The notes: generated by a model not told the origin, from the sequence alone. Positions 36,595-49,386 are shown, counted from the first letter of the whole stretch. The stretch is 62,624 nt of DNA, filler included, from Rhabdomonas costata (GCA_019059605.1; 43 parts of 43 records of this genome joined end to end with filler, not necessarily neighbours in it); one strand, 5' to 3'. Numbers and translations are program-made.

Positions 36595-37788
36595 GCGTGC
36601 GGCGATTACGGCGCTGAGAACGACGGACAATGTCTCCGTGCTCACTGACGCCGTGGGGATGCTCACTGATCCCAGCGGGGAGGTGCGCCGCGCCGCGGGG
36701 GCTTGCTTGGCATACTACGACACCCAAGTCGACCCCTACTTCCTGGATAGAGGTCAGTCCGTGTGCGTAAATGTGCGTGCTTGTGTGTGTTTGTGAGCGT
36801 GCCGCGTGCACGCCGTGTAAGGTGTGGTTGCAACGCTGTGTGGATCCTCCTTAGGATGGGTCCTCATTTGCGAATATGTGGAGTACATGGAGACAACCTC
36901 TTCCCCACACAACTTGTGAGTGTGCAAGAGCAAAGCGAGAGCAGCGGAGGGTGGACAGATCGAGATTGGTGCAGGAACGTTCGAGTCCATCAGAGTGGAT
37001 GGGATCTGAGGACTTCCGGCTCCAATGGCTTTTCTTATCACCGTTATATTCTTTGAGTCGTAGGTTAGACAGATAGGGGGCCTGCTTCTTGCAGGCCGCT
37101 CACCTGAAGACGTCCGTCTTCTCTTGGAAAGGACTCGGCAGTCAGATTGTGTTGGGCCTGAGATGAGTCTTGGAGGCCCAACGCTAGGGGGGTGGGGGCG
37201 GTGGTAACCTAATCATAATTTGGTGCTGATCTGATTAATTTAGCGGTGGTAATCACGTGATTAGCACTGGTGATCACACACGTGTGAGAGATGATCCTAG
37301 AATGTTGCTGGAACATAAGCTGTGTCTGACAGTGCTCAATAATTATGAATAAGGCGCAAGATCCTTGGTGCCGGAGTGTGTCCCATGCAAGGGTCCCTAC
37401 GTGTGATTAATTTGTCTCGCAGGGGGTTAGGTGGCGGTGCTCGTCCCGTAGGTTCGCGTGGTTACCACCGCTAATTATGTTGATTTCCACTGGTAATCAT
37501 GATTACCCCCCCTCTCTCCAACTAGCGTTGCATCGTGTTGGAGAAGGTTGCTGAAGGTTGGGACTCTCGCTGGCTTGACTGGCTTGGGGTTTCTTGCATC
37601 GTTGTGCACTGTGCACATGCTCTGCTCTGCTCTTAGTGGTCAGCCTGCTGTCGCACAAGGACCGCGGGGTGCGCACGGCGGCGGTGGACGCGTTGGAAAA
37701 CCTCTGGAGCCACCAGCCTGCTGTGGTTACCGCGGTGACCAAGCTGCTGAGTCACAGTGAGCGCGACGCCCGGGGCGCCGCCCTTGAG
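36595..37788 (+). CDS. HEAT-repeat (PBS-lyase-like) protein, exons 36595-36752 and 37637-37788
   Basis: MLTDPSGEVRRAAGACL, LLSHKDRGVRTAAVDAL, LLSHSERDARGAALE; GT-AG, phase 1. Confidence 0.82.
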
Positions 37789-38930
37789 GTCCCTCCTCCC
37801 CCTCCCCCCATCCAAAAAACACATCATCTTTCGCNNNNNNNNNNNNNNNNNNNNNNNNNNNNNNNNNNNNNNNNNNNNTTAATTAATTAANNNNNNNNNN
37901 NNNNNNNNNNNNNNNNNNNNNNNNNNNNNNNNNNGTGTGCTCTGAACTTTTTGATGCAATCCTTGGGGGGGGGGTGTTGGGCAGGAAGGTTTTTGGCCTT
38001 CTAGATTTAAGTGTTGTTGTTGTGTGTTCATGCAAAACTGTTGTACACATTTCCCGCGTCATGGCGAATAATTTTGATTCTTGAGCTCGACCACCAAGAA
38101 CTGGAGCACCAGGACTACCCAGGACGACAATCCAATACTAGTCAGCTCAGTCACATACCCAGACACAAGGTCGGATTCACATTTTGGCAATTTTAAAGTG
38201 AATTTTGGCCTCACACAGCAGCATGCCCACACCCATGTACCAAAGAAGTCGGACTTTCTCCACCACTTTTTGACCAAATGTGTTGGAAACACTGCGTAGG
38301 CCGTGTGTCCTGCGACTGACGGACGCGGTAGAAGGCAATTCGTCTGTTTCAGATTTTGGTTTTTGTTTCCCCGTGGTTTTATTAGGCTTGTTTTTATTTT
38401 GCTGGAAATTCGTCAAAGTCCAATCATAAAAAAATGTCAATTATTGCCCACTGTGTATCACCAGCACTGTGCCTTTGTCTGCACTGATACCTCTGCTTTG
38501 CTGCCGTAATTCATTGTTTCCAAAAATAGAAGAATCTTTAAAGAATCTTTTTTTCTTCTCTTCTGTTTGCATCTGTGCGGCTGTTGTGTGCGCCGGACTT
38601 TGAACTGTATGTTTTTCCTTGCCTTGTGTTTTTGGTCTGCAATCTTTAAAAAAAAATTGTTTAAAAAACTTCCCAAAACATGTAAAAAAAACTTGGCCAA
38701 TTGTGCTTTGAAGACACAAAAGACCCCAGGACTGCTTCGGCTTAGCCTCTCATCTTAACCTTGACTCAAAAAAATTGCCTGCATCACAAAATCAAAGAAG
38801 ACTTCAGGGCCTGCTTCGGCTTCGGCTTCTTAGGCACTACCTTGACCCCTTCCTTCAAAAAGTGGTTTGAATTTCGACTCTGCGAATAACATTCTTGGTT
38901 GATGAAAATTTTGCTCCGGTTTCATTGCAG

Positions 38931-39077
38931 CTTCAAGGTCAGGAGTCCCGTCTTAAAGATGTGCAGCAGCGTAAGGCGGATCTCCAATCTGCAATCTCCA
39001 CACTGAGCAGCAGCCTAGAGCGTGTTGACGAACTCTGCACCAGGCTCTCCCGACTTCGCGAATCTGCGCGAGAACAG
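38931..39077 (+). CDS. Coiled-coil protein exon (possible upstream exon ~38086-38169)
   Basis: cag|LQGQESRLKDVQQRKADLQSAISTLSSSLERVDELCTRLSRLRESAREQ|gt; heptad pattern. Confidence 0.55.
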
Positions 39078-40014
39078 GTCGCCTTCATTCTGCTTCACCG
39101 TGGTTTCCAGTTGTGTCCTCACAACAGAGGAAAGGGCCCGGCAAGGTCCCCGCAGAAATCGTTTGCATTCTTTCGATTACACCTGCTACCGAGCGCTATT
39201 TTCGGTTCATATTCAAAAATAGAAGGGCGCTGAAAAACACTGATGACACTTGGTGAGGACAAGTGTGCGAAGAAATTCTGTCCCACCACCAACNNNNNNN
39301 NNNNNNNNNNNNNNNNNNNNNNNNNNNNNNNNNNNNNTTAATTAATTAANNNNNNNNNNNNNNNNNNNNNNNNNNNNNNNNNNNNNNNNNNNNGGGGTGG
39401 TGTGTTCGGGGGTGCCGGCATGACCGACCCAAACAGTGAAGGGTTCCGGTGCGAAGGCAGTTTAGGTTTTCTTCGAGCTTCTGTTTTCCTGCGGCCGCGC
39501 GCACGCGCTGGAACAGGCGATCACCCAAATGCACAGTCACGCAGTCACGGTGGAAAAGGCCAAATCCTTCCCGACCCAGTAACGCGCAACATGTGCCACA
39601 GTTTGCCGGAATATCTCGCCAACAAACCAAAGAGGGTAGCCAAAGTTTGAGGGTAGGCACCGCACAGGCACACAGAGGGCAAGACAAAAGAATATACTGG
39701 TTGCAATTGATGCGAGACCGAAAAAGGACGGGAAACATCAGATTTCAACTGAGACGTTTGCCGAAAGCGACCCCAACAATAATCAGTAATCACAGTTCAA
39801 AATCGAAGGGGAAATTTTTTTTACTCCCGGGCTTGAAAATTTGGAAAACTCATAATCGAAGTGAGTCAGATCGATCCCTAACTTCAGTACAAACGATTGT
39901 GCAGGTTCCTTTATTCCCCCTCAGTGTTTCTGGACACGTACCCCTGCCTAAAACCACGGGAGGAAGGGAGGGAAGGTGTGTGTGTGTGTGTGTGTGTGGG
40001 AGGGGGGGTTGTGC

Positions 40015-40128
40015 CCTGCGGTGGACGGCAAGAATCTTCACCCAGATGAACAGTAGGATGCTGCGGAGGTCGGTTTGCTGGCTCTGCAGCAGCTTCTGCA
40101 CGTACGGGAAGATTCCCACAGACAGCGC
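40015..40128 (-). CDS. RPTOR: Raptor/KOG1 (TORC1 subunit) exon
   Basis: [35 protein letters not shown] closely matches the conserved Raptor block [28 protein letters not shown]; cag acceptor, probable GC donor. Confidence 0.92.
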
Positions 40129-41448
40129 CTGGTAGGATTGGAAGCGGGCGGCAGTGAGGGGGGGAGCGTGTGTGGCTCCATGAGGTGATTGGTATCACAT
40201 CCTATCCTTCTGGAAGAGGAATTCTCACAGCAAAATAGGGACCAACGGGATCGTGTCAAAGTTTATTGAGAACCAAACATGAAAAAAGTCATACTCTGGA
40301 GGCAAGCCGGCTAAGAATTGGTAACAACGCCAACAATGGTCCAACACAACAGAAGAAAACAAGAGAGCTTCGAGCGTCTTAGTCATCGATAGAAGCGCCA
40401 AATGGTGCACCGCCTTTCAGCCTTTCAGTTACCGTTGGGGTTGGGGTTGTCACCCCAGCACGGAAACGGGAGGAGCGACGCCAGCGTGTGTCAGCAGAAC
40501 AGAATTCGGCCAACTGAAACAAGCGATATGTTTTCAAAATGATTGCAAAAAATCGCACAGTGGCTGCAAAAAAATGAAAATCGTACCTCACGGAATGTCC
40601 AGCACAATTAGGGAAAGCGTCAATTTCTCACAACCATAGCATAATCATTTCCCCACACAACAGAAAAAAAAGTGATGAGTCCAAATCCCCAGAATGTCAG
40701 CGGCTCTCTCCCGCTGGCGCGCACCATATCAATGCAGCGCTCACCCAAAACNNNNNNNNNNNNNNNNNNNNNNNNNNNNNNNNNNNNNNNNNNNNTTAAT
40801 TAATTAANNNNNNNNNNNNNNNNNNNNNNNNNNNNNNNNNNNNNNNNNNNNGTGTTGGGTGTGGTTGGGTGGTGGGGTGGAAGAGCTGGAACTGTCTCGC
40901 TGAAAGGACCCTGAAACGACGAGTTTTTCCTTTGGATGTGGAAACGGGCGTAGCCGTGCCACCACATCACTCTAAGGTTGCATTGCCATGTGTGTGGGGC
41001 ACACAGGAATAACTGATCTGTTGCGAATGAAAAAGAACCCCAAACGGCAAGAGTGTTCGGTTTCATCAGAGGAGTGCGATTGTCGGGCACACAGAGCCCC
41101 AGAAGGATGTGTACGTGGAAGTCGGACATATCCTGGAAGAGGGAACGAGCAGCTCCACTTTCTCTCCAACCATCCAACCAGTGGATTCACATATTGCGAA
41201 AATCCTCAAATGACCAACACGCACACGTCCTCACGACCCCACTCCAAGTGAGCAGAGATCAATGCTGCAGATGCAATGCCGAAACAACACAATTGCAAAT
41301 CGTAGACTTTTGCAATCAATGGAACAATGCAGCCATGTCCAGAATTCTGTACACCTACCAGAGCGGGCAAGGGAGCTGGGGAAAAACTAGGGGGAGGAGG
41401 AGGATGGCATACAACTGCAGAAGCAATATGTGTGTGTAAAGTGTGCAC

Positions 41449-41912
41449 CTTTCTGGCCAAGGGGATGGTGCACTTGACGACGGAAATGTGGCGGCAGTCC
41501 GAGCTGGACTTCACGATTGGGGTACCGCTTTCGGTGTGCAGCAGCAGCTCGTGGTCGTGGCCGCCCAGCACCAGGTCGATCTCGGGCACCGCGCGGGCCA
41601 GGAGCTCGTCGTTGTGCATCCGCTGGTGGGTCATCGCCACCACCATCGCCACCCCTGCGGAAAACAGAACGGTCCCCCAAACCAACCCAGCAACTATTAC
41701 AGAAGACACACAGCTCCAGGGTCTGGCTCAAAACAACACAAATGCAAACGGAGCAGGGCAGAAGGGGGGAAGACAGAGGAGAGGAATAAAAAATGCTCCG
41801 TGGAGGGATATGGTATGTAGGAAGGGAGAGGAGTGGTGGTGGGGATGCCTTGCTTCTCCTTCAGCCATCGGGCGAGGGTGGAGGCCCTCTCCACAACATC
41901 TTTGTACCGGAC
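41449..41912 (-). CDS. 5'-nucleotidase/UshA-type calcineurin-like metallophosphoesterase, exons 41912-41849 and 41654-41449
   Basis: VRYKDVVERASTLARWLKEKQ|GVAMVVAMTHQRMHNDELLARAVPEIDLVLGGHDH..PIVKSSSD; joined by a GC-AG intron. Confidence 0.9.
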
Positions 41913-42390
41913 CTGTGCGGTCCCGCGATAAAGATAAAAGAAGATAAAACAAAAGATAAAACACATTCGCGTCCTGGCTGTGGTGAGTTGGTGACTCAGA
42001 TTTCAGGTCATCACAAAGATGTCTTTCTCGTCCCTGATCATATGTCTGCCTGCCTGCCTGCCTGTCCAAACCTCACGCTCACACGGAAACACTTTTTGCA
42101 CTTAGCCAGGGCAAATATTTTCCGGGGATGATTAACATTCTGTTTTCTCCCCTGGGCTCCCACCCTCCATATGGGAAATGTGCCCATCGGTCCTTACCCA
42201 CCCAACCACNNNNNNNNNNNNNNNNNNNNNNNNNNNNNNNNNNNNNNNNNNNNTTAATTAATTAANNNNNNNNNNNNNNNNNNNNNNNNNNNNNNNNNNN
42301 NNNNNNNNNCCCCTTCTCCTACTACAACCACCTCCGAGGAATCCCCGCGGTCTCTTCGTGGCTGGCCCAGAACCCACCCCTTCCTCCCAG

Positions 42391-43211
42391 CCACCGCTAC
42401 AAGGACGCCCTGGCACTGTTCATGGCCTCCCACCCAGGCACATACGCACACGCCCACACCTCCCAACACCTCCCTTGCGAAACTTCCCCCATTTTTTCGG
42501 TGGCCTTCGGTTTTCCTTCCTCCCCAAAGGGGACGCGCTAGAGTGCAACTCATCGACAGCTCATGAGAATCCAGATAGAGGTCCTTTTACTGAGCTATCT
42601 GCTTTCTGTGTGTGTGCCACATGGTGCGTATCTCCTGATTTGGTAAGAGGGAATGAGGACTTTCTTTTCCCATTTTCCCAGGTGAGCTGCAAGCTTTCGT
42701 GAGCAACACGAAAGCTCCTACCTGACTTACAAACGGACCCATGATCAGTTGCATTTCAGTGCAGTTGCAGAAAAAAGCTGAAGTGTCTGGAGATGCATGC
42801 TAAACGGTCGAAGATGCCGATGGCAGCGAAGTCTCCTTGGATAGCAACAAGGCAGCAACTTTTCGAGGGAAGGATTGCGCTTCCTTCCTGCTCATTGGAG
42901 CAACCCTCCCGTAACATCGTCACTCGCGGTCGACAGCGGTTGACCGGTTCCGGATTGGAGGCCACCGGAAAAGGTTCTTTCTCCATATGTGTGCCGCGCT
43001 GTATTCGAAGGCAGGATGTATCTGAGCGTCATTGGCGCTTCTGCTAATTCTTTGCGTGGCGGGGACGGTTCGTAGGGCACACCTACAACCGCTTTGAGCT
43101 AGTGTGCTGGCTGTCGCAGCACCTCCCCGTGGACTACTTCAACGCCCGCCGGGGCCTCAGCGGGCTCTCTCACTACTTCCGGCGAACTCGGTGCAAGCCC
43201 AAGGCCACCCA
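42391..43211 (+). CDS. Hypothetical protein, exons 42391-42437 and 43076-43211
   Basis: HRYKDALALFMASHP|GHTYNRFELVCWLSQHLPVDYFNARRGLSGLSHYF; in frame if a GC-AG intron is used; GC3-rich. Confidence 0.45.
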
Positions 43212-44039
43212 GTGTGTGCAGTGCTGTGCACTCTCTCCGCGCTCTCGCTTGCGGAGCCCTCACTCAAAATTCTATTCGTTCTACCTCGCGGTCTCTCTCT
43301 CTGATGAGTAAAAAGCGTGATGAGTGAAAGGCGCACTAGTTCAGGCCTGCACCCAGCATTGTGGTGAAGAGTCCCCCCCCCCGGATCAGGACAATACAAA
43401 AAGCATGAAGTTTGCGAGAAAAAGGTAGGTTACTCCCTTTACTCAGAACCCATGTTTTTCAGCTTCAGCTGCGGCCACATCAGATTGAGAAAAAAGGCAG
43501 TCAGGTCAGCACATGTAGAAGCCCAGCGGCACTTCGGAGCGGACGTTAGATAGGACTTCGACTGAAAACTTACAAAGCGTACATATAAGCAAACGAAGCT
43601 GTAGAGGTTCGAGATGTGCACATTATCTTTCGGAAAATACAAAGAAAAATAATGTGCACACCAAACCNNNNNNNNNNNNNNNNNNNNNNNNNNNNNNNNN
43701 NNNNNNNNNNNTTAATTAATTAANNNNNNNNNNNNNNNNNNNNNNNNNNNNNNNNNNNNNNNNNNNNTTTTTTTTTGTCATGTCTCTATTGGATGGCAAC
43801 TTCTGTCATCTTTTCACAGCTCGGCATGTAATGAAAGAAGCTGAGAGGAGTTGCGGACTAATTTTCACTAGTGTTTTATTCACGTAGAAGCATATGTGCT
43901 TTGTTATCATTGCAAATATATAATTGGCATGCCTGCACTTATTTGCCCATGATGCCGAAATGAAAGTCACTGAAAACAGCCATCAGCAATACACTCAATA
44001 ATTGATTAAAAAGAATCAGGGTGGTCATGGATGTTCCAG

Positions 44040-44530
44040 CGCCATTGAAACTACTTAGAGAGATCTCCAGGTGGTCAGCAGAGCATCAAATTTGTGCCTT
44101 TAGGAAGGTTTTGGGGTTTCCACAGGCTCCGTAAATACCCTGGTTCGACACCACCATAAGCGTGCCTTTTATCGTCTCCGGGCGGGTACCCCACTTGTTT
44201 TGATCCACCTGAGAGTTGAATATGCCCAGTTCCGTGCAAACAGAGGTGTAAGCTCGGGCTCCATCCGTGAACAACAGAGTTTCAGGAAGCATTCTTTACA
44301 CAGGCGGTCTCAATTTATCAGCACCAGGAGTACCAAAACTGCGTTTATCGTTCTTCTTTCTCAGCTTATTATAAGCCTCCACCAGAAGACGCCACTTTGC
44401 CTCTCATACAAGTCACGAAAATTGCATTTATTATGAGAATCTCTGTCACGCATCCATTTCCTTTTTCTGCCGACTTTTCATTCATCATATTCGACCCCCA
44501 ACAGCTTTCCACCGAAGGCATCTTGCTCAG
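44040..44530 (-). mobile_element. Merlin/IS1595 (ISXO2-like DDE) transposase pseudogene
   Basis: GGKLLGVEYDE*KVGRKRKWMRDR..ERQSG, then after a frameshift and stop LPETLLFTDGARAY..LG..SQVD..VSNQGIYGACG; corresponds to VEIDESxxGKRKYNRGR / IxTDGWxAY / HTxxIExxW. Confidence 0.8.
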
Positions 44531-45603
44531 AATGCAGCTTCTACCAGTTCACACACACCCCAAACAGCTCAGACCAAGAATTGCCATAAACCCTGCAACT
44601 AAAGGAGGTGCATATCCTATAAATACAGCCATGGTCATAGTACCACTTTGAAGACAAAGGAGCACCACAGCTGCAAGCCTTGAAGCCACGAAGAACTCCG
44701 TATTTGTTATAAAAGCACGCAGCTTGTCATTGTCAGAACACAGAGTCTAAAAATCAAAAGAGTAAAAGCACTGGTACTGCATACTAACCATAGGTAAATT
44801 GCTGGGGGGGCTCCCTTCGCACATACATCGCCTCCTAACCACCTGCGAAAAAATACCTCCATATCCCTGTGGGAGAATAAATGAATGTGCTCCACATAAA
44901 TACGCAATGCCATCATACACTCATTCACACAAAACCACTCACATCATTCCATTGGTTTCTTGGCATCTTGTGTGTCCATACATTTCATGGCGTGGAAGTA
45001 ATCTTAGCCAATGGTTGGATGCTTGTCATTCAGTTGTGTTATGTTCATAGCTGTATTTCTCTCGTGTGGATTTCCTTTCCTGGATTTCCAGAGCATTTGG
45101 AGAGTGAAACTGAGATTTTGTTGGCNNNNNNNNNNNNNNNNNNNNNNNNNNNNNNNNNNNNNNNNNNNNTTAATTAATTAANNNNNNNNNNNNNNNNNNN
45201 NNNNNNNNNNNNNNNNNNNNNNNNNGTGGTGGGTGTGTTTGGGTGTTGGGGGAAGGTTCTCGCTCCCGCGTGAAAGTGCATCACAACGGTCGCCCTGGAC
45301 TCGGTAAATATCGTGTAACATCTCTCTTGTAAGAGCAACGAAACAGACGCGTCTTTTACGGGGCAGGGTTCAAGGTATTGGTAGGAGAGTCACATCAGAA
45401 CGAGGGGGACATTAATAGCACACTAGAAATGGGAAACAGCGGCTGGGCGAGTGGGGGATACCGGACGAGTAGAAAAGAAGACCCAGCTTCCTGCCGATTG
45501 AGTAAGTTCCAACCCACTCCCGATGTTCGTCAAAAGCGCGCCTCCGTCACATCAGAAAAGACAGCGGTGATGGAGAGAGACGGTGGGGGAGGGGGGGCTC
45601 AAC

Positions 45604-46225
45604 CCCACGAGCAGGGCTGCTGGAAGGCAAATGGGACGAAGCCGTTGTTCACTTGGAACGGCCGCGCCGTGAGCTCGTCATGGGTGGGGCGGTACAGAGA
45701 GAGCCCGATCAGCTTAGGGTGTACAGGCCGCCCAGAGCTGAGGTCGTAGTACTGGCGCAGTGCTGCATCGACCTAATGTATTTTCCGCTGGTCACAAAGG
45801 CGGATGAGAGGGAGTTCCAGAGGACAGCGAACAGCGGACCAGCAGTGAACAGAACACCCGCCCTCAGTGAACAGAAAAGGATAAAAGAAACCTCAGCACC
45901 GGCGGTAACCTAATTGTGTGACATCCACATTAGTGTTGCTGGGTGGATTTGTCAGGAAACCGCCGCAGTGGTGCAAGAACACAAAGGAAAGAAAGTGCCC
46001 TCGGTCTGGCGGCAGAATATTGCAGAAGTGCGTACCCATCGGAACCACAGCGGGGAGACCTCCAGGTCATCCTCGAAGAACGCCCCGAAGCTGCGCCCGC
46101 TAGTGGGGTACCAGGCCTCCATGATGCTGCACCGCAGCCCAGCGTTGCGAGTCCGCTTGTGCACCCGAAGCAGCCCGTAGGGCCAGGCCAGCTGGCCCTG
46201 CAGCACCCACTCCGCGGTGCCGTCC
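45604..46225 (-). CDS. GT-A-fold glycosyltransferase-like protein, exons 46225-46036 and 45772-45604
   Basis: WPYG..R..NAGLRCSIMEAWYP..FGAFFEDDLEVSPLWFRW|VDAALRQY..IGLSLYRP..FAFQQPCSWG; GT-AG. Confidence 0.78.
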
Positions 46226-46848
46226 CTGAGATGCACATCCCGTCAATTCCCCACCATCCCACACCAAATGTCCTGCGATACACCTCTCCAAACACACACA
46301 CGCACACACACTACTACGTGCTCAAGGCATTTTCAGCGGGATTTCCGGCTCAATCGGCCCCATGGAAGGTGTGTGGGGGTAACTGTTACCACTGGTAACA
46401 GGTAAAAGAAGACTTGCTTAACTTTTTTTTTGTTAAATTAACTAGCGGTCGCGTAAAGTATGCCAGCACCCTCGAAACCACTAGTTTTGTGTAAGGGGGT
46501 TAAGCTTGTCATTGCCCCCTAGAAGTCTGTTTTTGCTTAGTAGCTGAATGCTAGTACTGGCTAAGGGCTTGCCAATGGCTGGGANNNNNNNNNNNNNNNN
46601 NNNNNNNNNNNNNNNNNNNNNNNNNNNNTTAATTAATTAANNNNNNNNNNNNNNNNNNNNNNNNNNNNNNNNNNNNNNNNNNNNGGTGTGTGGGGGCAGG
46701 GGCCTGACGCCCAATCCTTTTTGATCTCGTGTTCCATCGAGTTCACACTCATGAGTGGAGCAGCATGGGGTGCGTTCTTAGCACGGGCTGGAATCACTCC
46801 CGTCCTTCCTGGGCTGTGGTCCGCTGCCACACTGTGTCCCACTCACAG

Positions 46849-47292
46849 CCTTCCCTCCCGTGACCATTTCCACGGGCAGCGACTACGTCTATAACTTCCT
46901 CTCCGCTTCCGTCTCCGGGGTGACCTCCTTCCGGTTCCAAGTTCAGGCCCCCAATGACGCCCACGTCCTGCTCTGCAGCACGTCCTCCGACTACACCACT
47001 GGAGCCCAGCTGTACGAGATCGTCTACTCTGGCTGGGCCAACACCCAGTCCGTTATCCGGAAGGCCAAGCAAGGGTACAATTATGCCGTGGCCTCCACCC
47101 CGAGCCTCCTCAGCTCAACTCAGTTCCGGTGGTTCTGGATCAGCTGGGCCTCTGGGAAGATCAGCGCAGGCAGTGGTAGTGTGGTCGGCCAGAACCAGTT
47201 TATGAGCTACACCGACCCCTCGCCCACCCCTGTGAACTACATCGCCGTGGCCACGGGATGGGGCGCGACCGGGCAGTGGCTGCTCTATCCAG
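46849..47292 (+). CDS. Farnesoic acid O-methyltransferase-like (Methyltransf_FA) domain exon
   Basis: FRFQVQAPNDAHVLL..YEIVYSGWANTQSVIR..TPSLLSSTQFRWFWISW..GSG..FMSYTDPSP.PVNYIAVATGWGATGQW; 444 nt, cag/gt. Confidence 0.9.
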
Positions 47293-47984
47293 GTATCTGT
47301 TGCGGTGAAGTCTGGATGCGCCTGTCTCAAAAAGTGTCATTCGTCATTCACACGTGCCGTGAACATTTGTTTTGTTTTTCTCGCCTTGTGAAGCGAGCTG
47401 GAGTAAGAATGTGGAGCAATCACCGCAGAATATCCACTCAAACGTCCACTCAAACGCGCGCGCAAGCGAAAACAAGAGTTTAAAATCGTTGCTGGCACAC
47501 AGACGTGCAGGTGGGCGGACGGTGTGCCTACAGTTTTTTCTCTTATCAAAACCCAAGCCCGATGTAAAGCCAGTGCAAAAACAAAAACGGCCCTGCAAGC
47601 CTGTGTAAAGGCAGGAAGGGCCCAAAAACCACACCTAAATGGCCCTGAAATATCCTCTAGCGTGGCTCTAAACCGAAGAATCCCGGAGCATTCCGGCCCA
47701 CTCCGGTGCCAGCATGAAATAGTACTCCTGGGCTTACCCTTCGGTATGCTAAGCAGGCCCGGTCGAAAGCTTCGGCTCAGTATGCAGGCCTGCAATGGTC
47801 CGAAATGTGCACCCCGGGCCCGTGAAAATAGTCGAAAATGCCCTTAAAAGGGCCAAAATAGGACCTTCAAGGGGCCATATCTCGGCGTAGAGAAGGACTC
47901 CGGGAGGCCGGGCCCCAACCCGTCACTGTAGCTCGAGTTCTGAGGTCAATGTTAGGTCTGCTTTCCGGTCCGGTCCGGGCCAAA

Positions 47985-48035
47985 CCCTAACCCTAACCCT
48001 AACCCTAACCCTAACCCTAACCCTAACCCTAACCC
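47985..48035. repeat. (CCCTAA)8 telomere-type repeat at a contig 3' end
   Basis: Eight perfect CCCTAA units. Confidence 0.95.
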
Positions 48036-49316
48036 CACACCCCCNNNNNNNNNNNNNNNNNNNNNNNNNNNNNNNNNNNNNNNNNNNNTTAATTAATTAA
48101 NNNNNNNNNNNNNNNNNNNNNNNNNNNNNNNNNNNNNNNNNNNNTGAGGAGTACCCCACCACCACCACCAACACCACCCCAGCCTCCCTCCCTGGCAATG
48201 ACGAGTGACCTGTAGTGAGGAGGAGAGATAAAAATCGCAAGCAAGTGGGAGCAGACCTGCGAAGGCTCCTCATAGGGCGGGAACAGGCTTAGGGTGTCCA
48301 CAGGAGCCAGGTCAGAGGCCTGCCTCTGGCCTCGCAAGAAGCTTAGAATCCCCATTTCCCGCGCACCTTATCCCTCTAGCATTAGCAGGAGCAAATGCAA
48401 ACGCAAAACAGAGCTGTGGGTTGCTGTAAAGTGAGGACCACAGCCCCGGCCACCTTCATGCTATGTGAGTTCTAAAAAGCCGGCAACAGGGATGAGTGGG
48501 TTCTACGAACATCTCAAGCTTCGAACTTCCCAATTATGCGGGATTGGAGGACGGAATTCATGGACCTTCCGGAAGAGGAATCACAATCTCTCAAGCAAAT
48601 CGAAGATGGACGCCCAATGCCAGCGAGATGGATGTGCTAACAGCAAAAAGCCAGATTTTCACGGAGCCCATCTATATAACGAAACAACAAAAGAATAACG
48701 GCGGTGATGTCAGGACTCACAGAGAAACGTTCTGGGTCACCCCTCCGTGTCCGCAACACTGTCCCAGCACTTTCCCCAAGAGGCAACATGAAACCAGCAC
48801 TACGCTGCCACGTGCTCAGTCAGAGGTCACGAACCAGTCACCAATTTTGGGAAGAAACACTTCGGTGCCTAAAAATACACAATTCGGTTGCCTCGGTAAC
48901 GAGCTACACAAGCGGACGATCCCGTCCATCACAGCTCAAAGCTGCGGCCTGAGGTACCGTGCACTAGCTTGGTGCAGGGGAAAGTGGATCGTCCGGGGGC
49001 AGAGGAGAGGCCGCATCAGGGGTGCTGTGAGAGGGTGAATTCACAGAGATATTCACACAGACACCTCTCTGCGTGCAGACGTGTGGTGCTTCATGACGGA
49101 CAGAAAAACAATTGTGTCCTCAGGCAAATTCGCCGACTCGAATTACGTTGCGGTGGATGGGGGGAGGGGGTCGGAAATACGCTTACAAAGTGTCGCATCG
49201 TTATAGCATGTGAAAGCAATTGGTGAATTCGCTGATTGGCGGGCTCGATATTTCCTGGATGTTGGGTTGCAACGAGAGCTTTACTTGGTTGATCGGTTGG
49301 TAATGATATAACTTGT

Positions 49317-49386
49317 CTGGTTGGTTGGTTGGTTGGTTGGTTGGTCGGTCGGTTGGTTGGTTGGTTGGTTGGTTGGTTGGTTGGTT
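49317..49386. repeat. (TTGG)n microsatellite
   Basis: About 17 units, two being TCGG variants. Confidence 0.92.

Noticed and set aside
47985-48044. True chromosome end, or gene-sized nanochromosomes
   Set aside because: Repeat orientation is wrong, and contigs truncate genes internally.
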